Origin: Haliotis cracherodii
Lineage: Eukaryota
Reading direction: 5' to 3'
DNA length: 64,000 bases
NCBI RefSeq assembly: GCF_022045235.1
Contig: NW_027266267.1
Location: 32,736,001-32,800,000 of the forward strand
Below, in pieces: positions 1-14,600 of the stretch (positions are counted from its first letter, which is position 1; every line of letters begins with the position of its first letter). A program made the position numbers and the translations under genes. The notes under the pieces are model-generated. The model saw nothing but the letters and a program-made list of their open reading frames with translations, made no database searches and had not been told where the DNA came from.

Positions 1-99
1 TTAAACCACCAAACTGGCTATCTTAAAATTGTCAACTTTCGCTTAAACATATCCAGATTGAATGTCCACAATCACTTAAACCAAATTCTCCAATAACAG

Positions 100-2260
100 A
101 CAAAAACAATGAAGAAGAAAGCACTATTGTATTGTCTCAGACTTTGAAAAAGAGAAAATGGCTTGTTAACAGTGTTTTGGATCTTACAATTTCCCTATTA
201 AATCCATATATTAAAAAAAACTATTGACTGGCTTCATATCATATGTACCACCAACAACGCCACAGGAATATGACAAACACTAAACTAATGTTTACAGGTT
301 TTGGAATTGATAAATAACAATAGCACAACAACAAAAAAGAATAAAACACTATGATAAGGAGTGTTAGGCTGCTAACGACAATATGGAGGCATCTCATGCC
401 ACTTTTGCTCAAACCTCCAGTGATCTAGACAAGCATATTACATTTACTACGAAGTGCTACAAAAGAGACATAAGAAGGAAACGTCTCACCCACAAACTGG
501 ATCAGTGACGTAAACCAAAATCATTGTGTCAGTCTGATCCATGTCAAGTTTGAAAACATTTGGAACGACTGAAAAAGCCAAAACCGTTCAATCTTGAACA
601 GAGAACACGAAATTAAACCTTTAATCATTTCAAAACAATATACAACAACACAACGTTACCCATCAAAACTTAACTAACACTATAAACGCTGATGAAGAAA
701 TTATCAATCTCGGCAGAAGGCATTATTGTATGTAGCCAACAACTAAAAAACAACAAGAGTACACGTGAAGATAACATAAATGATGAATTCATTTAAGCCT
801 GCGTTTATTCTACTATTGGCAACCAAGTAAAGCTATTCAATAACGTAATAAACTGTGGTCACTACCCACAAGACGTTATCTGTATCTATCAATTACACAA
901 GAAGGGCAAGAGAACTGACCCCAACAACTGTAGAGGTATTGCCGAAAGCAGCTGCTCAGGTAACCATTTCTCTACCGTTCTCAATGAAAGAATAATTAAA
1001 CACTATGAAAAAAATAAAGTACTTGATATTTGCCACGCAGGATTTTGAAAGGTATTCAGAATACCTGACAATGTCGTCACACTAAAAACTATTATTGANN
1101 NNNNNNNNNNNNNNNNNNNNNNNNNNNNNNNNNNNNNNNNNNNNNNNNNNNNNNNNNNNNNNNNNNNNNNNNNNNNNNNNNNNNNNNNNNNNNNNNNNNN
1201 NNNNNNNNNNNNNNNNNNNNNNNNNNNNNNNNNNGTTGACTTTAGAAAGGCATTTGACACTGTTGATAGGAGTAAGTATACTTGCCGAAAGGCTTGAAGC
1301 AGTGGATATATCTGACAAAATAAATGATGACATCCTTAATTCCTTATATAACAATGTCATTCATAAAGTAAATAGGAAATTCCAACCCATTTAAATCAAA
1401 CATAGGCGTAAAATAAGGCAGTATACTATCCCCAATAGTGTTCCATCTATGTATTTAAGATCTTGGCCTAAATCTAGATGGTTTCAACATATGTCATCTA
1501 CTGTTTGCTGATTATTTAGTTCTTCTATCCGATTTGCCGGCCAAACTTCAAGAGCTTCTCAACAATCCCTCAATATACTGCACTGACAATGCAACATCAA
1601 CATCGAAAAAACTAATGTAGTCATATTTGGCACTAAAACTCACACTCAGATATTCAAATGGTGAGTAGCAGGACAAGATATTAATTTTTCACTTAGGTGT
1701 TGTGTTTCATCAAAATTCTAAATTTAAGCATGGTGTAGAATCTCTTGAGAAAAGGGGACAGAGAACATACTGTGTGCCCTCTTCTAAACTGTTTGGAGAT
1801 GATTTAGATCCAAATGTCTGCTGCAAACGTGTCAAGGCAAGTGTTGAACCATTTCTTCAATATAAACTAATGAACTTAAATTCATGAAACAAGCTTAGAA
1901 CATATAGAAAATTTAAATCAGAAATTAAACTTGAACCCTATTTAGAACACAGCAAGATAAAAAAACAACAACTTTATCAACTATGGCCGAGTGGCCACAA
2001 ACTAAAAAATGAACTGGGTAGAAGAACAAGACTACCTACACCTTTGGGAGACCGTCTCCGTCATCACTGCTCCGTCCTTGGAGATGAAAAACACTATCTG
2101 ATGTCTTGTAGTAAATATTTAGATGTAAGGCACACCCTGTTTAATTCTGGTTCAATAAAAATAATTGTTTTGTAAGCCTGACATCACAGAAATATTTGGT
2201 CTACTTTTCTCAAATAATGAACCAGGTAACACAGAATTAATCTGTTATTAGGTATTCAAC
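100..2260 (+). mobile_element. Degenerate non-LTR retrotransposon (LINE) ORF2 remnant, CR1/RTE-X-like
   Basis: Frameshifted RT motifs: HKKG..DPNN.RGI (~896-940), VDFRKAFDTV (1235-1264), GVK*GS.LSP (~1405-1435), LLFAD (~1498-1512). C-terminal 'SGHKLKNELGR...HC...DEKH' segment (~1990-2100). Many stops. Boundaries approximate. Confidence 0.8.
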
Positions 2261-2435
2261 TTCAAATAAATCTGAAATACTTATAGATAATAACACTTTG
2301 TATTGGTACAATGTATTGTTATCCTGACTTATTATGTATCTGTTTATATAGATTATAGAATAGTCTCTACAGAAGTGTTTCTACATGGAACGTTTGAGCA
2401 ACAAAACATCTTGTATCTTGTATTACCTGTGTCAA

Positions 2436-3130
2436 GACTATATATCAATGGGGTCCACACTATATTTTAATGGGGTCCAGACAATATATAAATGGCTCCC
2501 GGCCTATATATTAACAGTGTCCAGACAATATATCAATGGGGTCCAGATTATTTTTAGACTATATATTAATGGGGTCCGGAATATATATTAACGGGTCCAG
2601 GACTATATATCAACGTGGTCCGCACTATATATTATAGGGGCCGACTCTATACAATAAACTGGTCTGGACTATATATTAATGAGGTCCAGACGATATATTA
2701 ATGGGGTCCAGACGATATATTAATGGGGTCCAGACTATATCTTTAATGGGGTCCAGACTATATATAAATGGGGTTCAGAATATAAATTAATGGACCCGGA
2801 CTATATATTAAGGGGCCCGGACTATACATAAACGTTGTCCGGACTATCTATCAATGGGGTCTAGCCTATATATTAATGGGGTCCGGGCTATGTGTTAACA
2901 CTGTCCAGACTATACAGTAAACTACGGTTATAACGAACTCAAAGGGACCACAAACTTTATTTCGTTATAACTGTAGGTCGTTATAAGCATATATAAAGCA
3001 TATATACAGCAAATGGTCGGGACCAAAAATATGTTCGTTGTATCCGTCAGTTCGTTTAAAGCGCGCTCGTTATAAACGAGCCATTACGATACCATTATAT
3101 ATTAATGGTGTCTGGACTATGTGTTAACTA
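2436..3130. repeat. Minisatellite, ~22-bp unit GACTATATATTAATGGGGTCCA, interrupted by a MITE
   Basis: About 20 degenerate tandem units visible; the array resumes after the MITE at ~3094. Confidence 0.9.
2915..3090. mobile_element. Tc1/mariner (Tigger-like) MITE, right end degraded
   Basis: Starts TA|CAGTAAACTACGGTTATAACGAACTC and is homologous to the intact copy at 25713-25876. Confidence 0.8.
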
Positions 3131-3467
3131 GTTTAATTTTTTGAATTTTTGAAAATAATTCAGATTAAACGTCACTCATTTAGAGTCTCTGTAATCTATT
3201 AACTGGGTGCAAATGCTTCTCTGCATGGTGGTGGTTTGATCTGGTATCGGTGAAGGCCGCCGGGGTGTTTACTGACACTAATACAGCCAGCTTTAGATGA
3301 CACTAGATACAGGTTGATCAGGCAAAACTCAACAATAATTCACGATGGGAAAGAGGGAATATAGACAATGGGTTGTTATGGTCGCTAGAAATATACGTAC
3401 ACGTATACGATAACAATATGTTCTAAAATTGGAATCGATTATCATCAATTATAATTCACAATTACAC

Positions 3468-3830
3468 CAGCCACAGACACAGAGACAGACACACAGAGAC
3501 ACGCACACAGACACACAGAGTCATGGACAGAGACAGATACAGCCACACAGAGACACGCACACAGACACACACAGACACGCAGAGTCATGGACAGAGACAG
3601 ATACAGCCACACAGAGACACGCACACAGACACACACAGACACACAGTCATGGACAGACACAGACACACGGAGACACACAGACACGCACAGCCACATACAG
3701 ACACAGACACACGGAGACACACAGACACGCACACAGACACACACAGCCACATACAGACACAGACACACGGAGACACACAGACACGCAGACACGCACACAG
3801 ACACGCTGACACAGACACAGACACATCCAA
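3468..3830. repeat. Compound CA/GA-rich microsatellite-derived tandem repeat
   Basis: ACAC/AGAC-type units; source of spurious HTHT/VCVC ORFs. Confidence 0.9.
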
Positions 3831-5842
3831 ACACACCTTTTCGAATACATTTAATTGAACCAGGAATGTCAGTCAATGGGATCTACAAATTGTAATTAAA
3901 GAGAGACTAGGTTTGGACCAGTTGTCAGTCGTAGGAAATGAAATTAGTTCATTCACTTTGTAAACCCAACTGTTAAAGTGCATGTCATTTTGCCAGTGGA
4001 CGATGTCCATGCTGACACACAGTCGTGTCTCTGTTTCCCACACAATGTCGAGACAAACACCGAACACTGGAAGCAGATCCTGGACCATAGCTCCTCATTA
4101 AATGGATATAAATAATCCTACAGCAAACTTTAACTTACCATAATCACATATCCAACGATATAATTCCCCAACATATAACACCGACCTGGAAACTGAAAGA
4201 CCAAGGTCTACATGTGGAAAGCTGTTTACGCCATTCAACCGCCTTGTCCTCCCTGTGGTGTGTAGCAACAGACAGTCCAGCTCAGAGAATGGTAGGTATG
4301 GCCGTCACCGTGTGCCGTCCTATTCAACGTATTGGTGTCACTCGTATAAAGACTCTTCAGAGAAAACACTTTTGATATTCAGTGGCTATGTGTTGAGTTG
4401 ATACGTACAGAAGTTTTAAATAGTTTGTGTGTATATCGTCATTGTCGGGAGTTATTCTGTTTTACCATATGTATAACGTTCTGGCCTACCAAGATGGGGT
4501 GAGGAGGTGCGCATGTAACTGTAGTATTCGTGAAGGAATATAAGTAATAATGTGCTATTCAAGTGGGGACGCAGCTTTTTAAAACAAAATGAAATAGAGT
4601 AGGGTGTGACCATAGTGTGGGGACTGTACTGGTTTGTTTTTTTGCTTTGCTAAAACCCAATTGTCAGTTAATTAATTGCCGTCGGATTTTCTTTATTAGT
4701 AAAAATAATGAGCATGTTTCAGAAAGAGGATGGGGAATGCCGCCCTTGCATCCCCACTTGCTTCGCGTACGCTTTGTTTTACCTTTCAAAAGAGAATTCG
4801 ATAAAAATCCTAAAATAATAGATATGATTTGATATACTAATATGCCGTACGTATATTGCCCGTTTTTTACGTGATATAGATGTAATACACTATGTTACGT
4901 TAAAGGTATACTGACCGGTCACGTGTTGCGGATGAGGTTAACTTGCATACTTATCTTAAAGGCTCGCATAGCGTACATGTACGAGAGCCACCAGCAGAGA
5001 GCCCGCCCGATCCCGTTTGTCGCCTCTCACCACAAGCACGGCTTGCTAAATACCAATTCTAACCCGGATCTTCACGGAGAGAGCGCGATGCCATAGTGAT
5101 CAGACACAGTAGAAAGAAGCAGAGAAAAACAGTTGACACAGGTCAAATACGTGCGCCCATTACAATAAGATTGTGCTTGGTCGATCATGTAAGATAAGAC
5201 GAGTAACCTCCCTTTGACAATTGACTCAAAACTTGTCACAAAGGGAGCAACGATTTGATTTTCAACCAAATGTTAATGGTTTTCTACATATGGCTCACAA
5301 TATGGAAAAATACATAATCGATAGGTCGTTTTCTTGTAGACAAGTGTTCAAAGAAAACAGTTCGGGCGAGTGAGAGGTTTGGGGCTGAAAGCAACTATAG
5401 ATTAATGGTCAGCGGGACTTAACTCTTATATATTTGTCGAGATATGTCAACGATAATGTAATTATAAATAATTACCCGCTTGTTGTTACAGTGTACCAAA
5501 AAGCTTTAATAGCGAAGTGATGAAAAACACTGAAATCCATAAAAAAATATTTTAAGATGTTTGTAATAAAATGGGTGTTGTACGATAAAGAAGTTAATTT
5601 CAAACTCATAACACACAACGCTCCTTTTACCAACATTTGCCAGTTGGGCCTGGCAAAGGTATGTTTCGAGGCAGATCACGAGGAACGTTCGTGCTCCTCG
5701 TGCGGCATTGGATCGAGTCCATTTGAACCAGGGGGAATTTCAGCGTCATGATTGGTCTGTGGTCGCAAATTTGGTATTGTCGGGAGTGTTTCTGTATCAA
5801 AGGGGCACTGATCTCTGACAATTGACCGGGACGGGTTGTTGC

Positions 5843-6247
5843 TAGGGTTCGGACGGGTAACTCGGGTACCCGGGTTGGGTGGACACTGAGTAGGACCCGG
5901 GTACCCACAGGACTACCCGGACCCGAGATGTATTGTTTAATGACAAAACTTATCTAGAACTCAATGGTTACACTACAAGTCACGAATGTTCGCATTTCTT
6001 TCTGACTATGCACCCATTCCTTCTGACTTCATATGGTGGAATAAAGATATAACTTAAGTCAACTTCAGTGTTTGCATGACCAGAATGTTTAATACATGTA
6101 TCTTAATACGTCAGGGCTTTGGTAAAAAAAAATTCCCAATCGGACATGTTGTACCTATCTCTTGAGACCGACAGTGGGTACCCGGGTAGGGTCGGGTAAT
6201 AGGGGGGTAGGTACCCGGGTAGTAAATTTGGACTCATCCCAGCCCGA
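5843..6247. mobile_element. hAT-like MITE
   Basis: 8-bp TSD GTTGTTGC at 5835-5842 and 6248-6255; degenerate TIRs (TAGGGTTCGGACGGGT / ACTCATCCCAGCCCGA); subterminal GGGTACCCGGGT repeats. Confidence 0.75.
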
Positions 6248-7025
6248 GTTGTTGCCTTTGTTATTGTTTTTGTTCCCCATGGATACCCAAGAAATCTAAA
6301 TGAGTGGCATATTTCCCTCTCGAAATGACGTGCTTTAAACAAATTGCATTTTATAGTATTACTAAGTGAGTCGGCGTTGTGTGTGAGTGCGTGTGGACAC
6401 TAGGTAAGATATGTTATTGAAACATGGATCTGCCCTTTTAAAAATAATCACCGACTAAATGGCTTATGTAGAAAGGTTTTTAATTTGTTACATTTGGTAT
6501 CTTCGTGGATACATTGGTATATTCGTTGACCTCAAAATTACAGTTCACTGTACGAACCGAAAACACTATGTGTTTGGTTTATTATTTTTCGATTGACTGA
6601 AATTATATCTTTAACGTGTCGCCGGATATATTGAAAGTTATTTTAATATTGCAGGAGTTAACGCTATTTCCTTTTACGTACTCTTCATCTCTTACTCCAG
6701 GTTGTCTAACCAGCAGTATCTCGTGCGCATATTTGGGGTGTGACGTGGACACTTTCAAATGTCACTTCTTGTCACGCCACAGCCGAGCGAAGGCCTTCTT
6801 GCTCACTCGACTGAACATCAATTAATACTGATGCTATTTATACCTTTTACAGAGAATAAATCGTTTTAAACCATCTTCACCGCCTTAGTCCACTTAATTA
6901 CATCGCCGTCCAGGACCCGCGACAAACGTAAATAAAATATTCAGAGAACAATGAACTGCAAATCGACATTAGCCGAGGGATGCCTAACGTCTCGACTGTC
7001 AGACAGACTATCGCATCTCTAAGGC

Positions 7026-7499
7026 CAATCTCATTAAAATCAGACCTTAGTTCTCGCTACCGCTAAACAAACATCTGAAGACATCCCATTAGGGGTCACA
7101 TAAAAACGACCTTTTATCCGACTAATCAGAGCCTCGCTTACCAGATTATGAAAGTGACAGTCGGAATGTGATTTCTAATCATGCTACCTCGAAAACTTTT
7201 ACACGGGGTATTCTGAACGATAGTTACGGGTTAAACGACAGAATCCATACTAGACCATCTATTGGCCATTCCAGAATGTTCTTTTGTTCAGGTTTCAAAT
7301 TTGTAATCGAGAATATGTCAAAATATGTTTCAAAGCGTCGTCGCCAATTTGAAAGTAGTGCCGTAAAGCACGAGAAAGGTCCATTCTGATTGGTCAATCC
7401 ATTGGCCGGTCAAAGTCGGTCTGACGTGACCCGTAAGGGAATGTCCTCAGATCTTTGTTGAGCGGAAGCGAGAACAAAGATTTGATTTTAATGAGATTG
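7026..7499. mobile_element. MITE with long (~90 bp) TIRs and 9-bp TSD (Mutator-like)
   Basis: TIR CAATCTCATTAAAATCA...GGGTCAC on the left and its reverse complement on the right; TSD CTCTAAGGC at 7017-7025 and 7500-7508. Confidence 0.8.
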
Positions 7500-8459
7500 C
7501 TCTAAGGCCGATATCAATTTTGACAAAATCGCCGTAAGCGCTCATAAAATCAATTGGACTTGTTTTATGTAGGGTGGAAACGTTGCTAGTTTTTAAAACC
7601 CCAAACCAATTGACTCTTCCCAAAGCGCATATTTCGTTACCACAGCGGGTGATTGGTGCGAGGTGGCTCTTTAGTATCTGATGTGATTCTCCATGCACAG
7701 ACTCGAACAGTCCAAGCCAGTTCACTGGTCTAAGGGACGTAAATCTGAAAATACTATTAAACATTGACACACATATATTACACATCATCTCGTTTCTAAG
7801 TTCGAATCTTCTCGCCGGTGAGCCTGTGAGGTTTACGTTTTTCAGCCATTTTGCAATTATCTGAGTCTACTTTGTGTTAATATAAAACGTCTTTTGTGTT
7901 CCCCAATCATATTGACATCACCCCCAACAGAAGACCTTACTGTGCATATTTATGTATTTGTTAATATAATTGTAATTTGTGTGACAATCAAATTTAGCAA
8001 TTATCAGTTGCCCTGCAAACTGCCGCACAGGGCATTGGCTACACATGGTGCCTGTACGCGGGAGTAGATAGCCTGCTGCTGACACGCCGAAAACTCGGGT
8101 TCGAATCCTAACATGAGTTTGCCTTAGGTTCTGTGGCCGTTAATTTGATATGAAAACCAGCGCTTTAAGTGTAATCATTGTCCCCACACACTGCCAGGTG
8201 CACTGTAGCACTTTATCACACGTTTTTTATTACAATATCAGAGAAGACAAGTGTGCGTATCTGTTGACTGGCGGGCGTGCATTTGAATAGAGGAAACACG
8301 GTAATTAGAGTAGTGTCATGCAAATTCTTTGGTACTGGTTGACTCTTGGTCACCTATAGATTCAGTAATGCTCTATTTCGTAGAATCTTACACAATCACA
8401 TTCTGTACAAAAACACACTATCATCCTGATTTCGCCAGTATTAATGGAAGTACGACTGG

Positions 8460-8616
8460 TCACTGATCACAGTGGATGATGACCTTGACGGCTTTAGCGT
8501 CACGTGATATAGCAGTTTCGAAAGCACGCAAAGTCTCGTTTAGGGTGAAATGATGCGTTATCATCGGCTTGACGTTGATCTTGCCCGTAGATATCATCGC
8601 TAGTGCAGCTGGATAA
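8460..8616 (-). CDS. SORD: SORD-like exon 9 ([23 protein letters not shown]...VIIHCDQ*)
   Basis: tttcag acceptor; stop TGA at 8460-8462. Confidence 0.9.
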
Positions 8617-11600
8617 CTGAAATAAGAGCAAATCAATTTGTTTTCAGAAATAGTAATTTCAATTGAATAAAGGTTTATTTAAGCATGTTTGAAAGCATAT
8701 ATTATCTCAGACATGGTTAAACTTGGATAAAGGACATGTATTATTGCTAATTTGCGTCAGTATATTGAACGCACTGATTTTAAATAGTAATGAACGTTTA
8801 ACGTGTCGATTGGGAATGTCGCCATTTCAACTCCGACATCCTCCCTTACATTCGAATGTCCGCCATCGTATGGTCTATGTTCCTGCTATGTTTCCCTATG
8901 TGCTTGAGGTCAAGAGTAGCTCAGGGTCCCGTGCCAGAAACCTTTGAATGTGGGTTCGAACCCCGTTTCACCCTGATTATGTTTCCAGGTTTGTCAGCAC
9001 CATACCCGTGTTCGTGGGTTTCACCATTGAAGTGGTAAACGTCTGAGACCTGCATCCAACATGAAGCTGACGTGCCGTTCAGAAACAAAACTCAACCACT
9101 CATGTGCCACGGGGATGCAGTGATAGTGTTACTGGGATGCAGTGATTGTGTTACTGATGCAGTGATTGTGTTACTGATGCAGTTATTCTGTTACAGGGAT
9201 GCAGTTATTATGTTACAGGAATGCAGTGATTGGGTAACAGGGATGCAGCGATTGTGTTACTGATGTAGTGATTGTGTTACTGATGCAGTGATCGTGTTAC
9301 ATGGATGCAGTTATTCTGTTACAGGGATGCAGTGGTTTTGTTACATGGATGCAGTGATTGTGTTTCAGGGATGCAGTGATAGTGTTACATGGATGCAGTG
9401 ATTGTGTTACATGGATGCAGTGATTGTGTTACTGGGATGCAGTGATTGTGTTACATGGATGCAGTGATTGTGTTACTGATGCAGTTATTCTGTTACAGGG
9501 ATGCAGTTATTATGTTACAGGAATGCAGTGATTGGGTAACAGGGATGCAGCGATTGTGTTACTGATGTAGTGATTGTGTTACTGATGCAGTGATCGTGTT
9601 ACATGGATGCAGTTATTCTGTTACAGGGATGCAGTGGTTTTGTTACATGGATGTAGTGATTGTGTTTCAGGGATGCAGTGATAGTGTTACATGGATGCAG
9701 TGATTGTGTTACATGGATGCAGTGATTGTGTTACTGGGATGCAGTGATTGTGTTACATGGATGCAGTGATTGTGTTACTGATGCAGTGATTGTGTTACAT
9801 GGATGCAGTGCTAGTGTTACAGGGATGCAGTGATTGTTACAGGGATGCAGTGATTGTGTTACAGGGATGCAGTGATTGTGTTACATGGATGCAGTTATTC
9901 TGTTACATGGATGCAGTGATAGTGTTACAGGGATGCAGTGATAGTGTTACATGGATGCAGTGATAGTGTTACTGATGCAGTGATTGTGTTACATGGATGC
10001 AGTGATTGTGTTACTGGGATGCAGTGATTGTGTTAAAGGAATGCAGTGCTAGTGTTACAGGGATGCAGTGCTAGTGTTATAGGGATGCAGTGATAGTATT
10101 ACAGGGATGCAGTGATTGTGTTACAGGGATGCAGTGATTGTGTTACAGGGATGCAGTGATTGTGTTACATGGATGCAGTGATTATGTTACAGGGATGCAG
10201 TTAATTTTGTTACAGGGATGCAGCGATAGTGTTACAGGGATGCAGTGATAGTGTTACAGGGATGCAGTGATTGTGTTACAGGGATGCAGTGATTGTGTTA
10301 CAGGGATGCAGTGATTGTGTTACATGGATGCAGTGATTATGTTACAGGGATGCAGTTAATTTTGTTACAGGGATGCAGCGATAGTGTTACAGGGATGCAG
10401 TGATAGTGTTACTGAGATGCAGTAATTGTGTTACAGGGATGCAGTGATTGTGTTACTGAGATGCAGTGATAGTGTTACAGGGATGCAGTGATTGTGTTAC
10501 ATGGATGCAGTTATTCTGTTACAGGGATGCCGTGATTGTGTTATAGGGATGCAATGATTGTGTTACAGGGATGCAGTGATTGTGTTACATGGATGCAGTT
10601 ATTCTGTTACATGGATGCAGTGATAGTGTTACATGGATGCAGTGATTGTGTTACAGGGATGCAGTGATTGTGTTATAGGGATGCAGTGATTGTGTTACAG
10701 GGATGCAGTTATTTTGTTACATGGATGCAGTGATTGCGTTACTGAGATGCAGTGATTGTGTTACAGGGATGCAGTGATTGTGTTGCTGATGCAGTGATTG
10801 TGTTACAGGGATGCAGTGAGAGTGGTACAGGGATGCAGTGATTGTGTTACAGGGATGCAGTAGTGTTACCAGTTTGTATATCTGAAGACGCCCTTCATGT
10901 CCACTTGTTTCCTGAAGGCCTCGTCTAATGGTAGCACGGTCTGCTGTGACGGTCGTCCCACGACCACTAGACACCCGCCTGGCCGCGTCGCCTGGAATAC
11001 AACCCCTCGGGTACAGACTCGTGACAGGGAATCAGTGAGTGAGTGAGTGAGTGTTCTTTAACACCGCAGTCAGTAATAGTCCAGCTAGATCAGCGAGTAT
11101 ACAGTGACACGTCCTCGACCGAGTAACAAAGTCGCACCAATTGATCACAAGGTAAGTCACAATCACCGTATCAAGACACAACTGGGGTGATGAAGATGAT
11201 ATTGTATTTTGTTTGCATCACAGAACCAACACATAATGCGGCCTTACTATGGTTACAGCGGTTGGTGGTGGTATTTCGTCTTAAGCAATATTGCAGAAAT
11301 ATAACCTAGGAACCAGACCAGAATGCAGACCTAAAAGTAGACACAGACTCAGATACATACCCAGATACTGATACAGACACCGATACGTACCCAGATACTG
11401 ACACAGACTCAGATACATACATATACGCAGACGCACATACAAACACATATACAAATATAGCCACAGATAAATTAAATAGACACAAATACAGACACAGCTA
11501 CCAATATAGGCACAGGTATATAAATATTGACACTTAAACAAATATAGACACAGACACAGGCGCAGGCAGACAGACACTTAAACAAATACAGACACAGACA

Positions 11601-14600
11601 CAGGCACAGACAGACAGACACATATACAAATACAGACATAGGCACAGGCACAGGCAGACAGACACTTAAACAAATACAGACACAGACACAGGCACAGACA
11701 GACAGACACATATACAAATACAGACACAGGCACAGGCAGACAGACACATATACAAATACAGACAGGCACAGGCAGACAGACACGTATACAAATACAGACA
11801 CAGGCACAGGCAGACAGACACATATACAAATACAGACACAGACACAGGCACAGGCAGACACATATACAAATACAGACACAGGCACAGGCACAGGCAGACA
11901 GACACGTATACAAATACAGACACAGGCACGGGCACAGGCAGACAGACACGTATACAAATACAGACACAGGCACGGGCACAGGCAGACACATATACAAATA
12001 CAGACACAGACACAGGCACAGGCAGACACATATACAAATACAGACACAGACACAGGCACATGCAGACAGACACATATACAAATACAGACACAGACACAGG
12101 CACAGGCAGACACATATACAAATACAGACACAGACACAGGCACAGGCAGACACATATACAAATACAGACACAGGCACAGGCAGACACATATACAAATACA
12201 GACACAGGCACAGGCACAGGCAGACAGACACGCATACAAATACAGACACAGGCACGGGCACAGGCAGACAGACACGTATATAAATACAGACACAGGCACA
12301 GGCACAGGCAGACACATATACAAATACAGACACAGGCACAGGCACAGGCACAGGCTGGCAGACACATATACAAATACAGACACAGGCACGGGCACAGGTA
12401 GACAGACACATATACAAATACAGACACAGGCACAGGCACAGGCAGACAGACACATATACAAATACAGACACAGGCACAGGCAGACAGACACATATACAAA
12501 TACAGACACAGGCACAGGCATAGGCAGACAGACACATATACAAATACAGACACAGGCACAGGCAGACAGACACATATACAAATACAGACACAGACACAGG
12601 CACAGGCAGACAGACATATACACAAATGCAGACAAAGATACAGATACCATCTTCCCGAGGAAAGGGAGTTAACTGACGGTAAAAGTCCGGTTTCCACACT
12701 TGCCGAACTGGGCTGGAAGTATGGTGTATATTTTGGCTGGACTAACGAGTAAATAGTCCAATCAAAATCGCGTAACGAAATCAACATCCGGTTCGTAAAC
12801 TGCCGTGCAAATTTCGGTCGATTGCAGGATTTGCAAAGCATGTGTACCGCCAACTGGGCGTCAACTGATATTTTCTAAATCTATTTATGTTTTTTAATCA
12901 AGGTGCTCACGTGATGTGATACAGTCTGCGAAGTATTACAGACAAGATTACAATGCATTACAATATAGATTTTGATTATCAATCCGCCATTTTATTTGAA
13001 GCAAATGCAAGTGGTATGAGTGGTGTTATCTAATTGGTCAATAGGAGCAACATAGAAGGGACATAACTCGAAATGGCCATTGGTGGCGGTACGATCGATT
13101 CCAGTCTAGTTCGGCAAGGGCGGAAACTTGACAGTCAATTAACTCCCTTGCCTCGGATAGATGTAAAAATAAAGACAAATACAAATAAAGACACAGATAC
13201 AAATACACACGCAGATACATATGCAGACGGAGGCGCAGACGCAGACGCAGAGGCAAACACTGACGCAGACGCAGAGGCAAACACTGACGCAGACTCAGAC
13301 ACAAATACAGACGCAGACGCAGATACAAACGCAGATGCAGACGCGGCCACAGTCGCTGTCAGAGAGACAGGTATATACACATATACAGACACAGACACAG
13401 ACACAGACACAGACACAGACACAGACAAAAACACAGATAGTGGTACGAATAGATTCAGATACAGGTACGAATAGATAATCAGACCCACACAAATACAGAA
13501 ACAGATACAAATACAGACACAGATACAAATACAGACACAGATACAAATACAGACACAGACAGAATGCAGATGCGGACAGACACAGACACATAATGATCAC
13601 GTGTGCATGGCAATATTTATTGGGGTGAAACAAGACCTTCGAAATGTGTCCAGATACGTTCATTCCTATAAAGATAACGGAAAGACAATTAACGAATGGG
13701 ACATTTAAGGAAAGGTTGTGAGTAAAAAGCTCGTTCTCTGAACCGTGATCAGGCGGGTGTCTCGTGACTCACGTGAATTCCCAGAACATAACTGTAGTCC
13801 ACGCTACTACACTCAATCGTCACTTCCGGTTGACTGCCCATCAAAGCCTCGATTTCACCAGCAACTTCAAGCTTATCTCGTCCAGTCACGTTAATTGTGT
13901 GGTCTGCCCCGAGTGATTTGGCCATCCTCAGTCTGTTGTCATCTATATCTGTATTTAAATTAAGATGTAAAGATTATTGTCAACCTCATAATAGAACCAG
14001 GTATATGTTTGTCTTTCAGTTATTAGTTCGTGTTAAACCTGAAGAGGACATACACCCAAAGTCAGCGAGAGTTATCTCCCGTGGCTTGACAAACGTGTCA
14101 TTAGGAAAGTAAAGTACACTGCTTGAAAAATCATCTCTTTAACAGACACGGTGGTAGTAACCAATGAAGCAGTCAATAGTTATACACTGGCGTATCCAGA
14201 CGGGGTGGGTGTGGGTATCCTCCCACCTTAAATGTTCATAGAGACCTTGGGTAATATGTGAACACTGTGGTTATGTAGTGACGTTATGTTTATCTTTTAT
14301 GGACACAGGTCACACAGTTGACTCAGGCGTTGTTACTTGCTGCTCAACTTCGTCAACCTTTGTCCTGCAAGGGTCCGCTAATCTAGGGTTTGAATCCCAG
14401 CGACCCTTGGTCTGTCAGCATGCTAAGGGTTACAGAGTGCCAGGATTCAGCACAAAACCCTTCTTCGTGATTTTCACCAAAGTAGTAAACATCTGAGACC
14501 TACATGGATTTCCTGCCACATTGTCCAGACTCGATTATTCACAGGCCGCCGTGATATAGCTGTCGTATTGCGTGCTGCGGCGTACAACATCATTCTTTCA

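Noticed and set aside
3873-4190. Possible exons on the minus strand (ICFQC... Ly6-like start)
   Set aside because: The implied intron would be only ~21 nt, the frame stops early, and I could not find a CCxxxxCN exon.
11472-12853. Long 373-395 aa Cys/Val-rich ORFs
   Set aside because: Open in all three minus frames because they lie in a stop-free compound microsatellite inside a SORD intron.
13073-13488. Acidic D/A/T-rich ORF resembling a shell-matrix protein
   Set aside because: Hexamer repeat inside a SORD intron, with no signal peptide or splice support.
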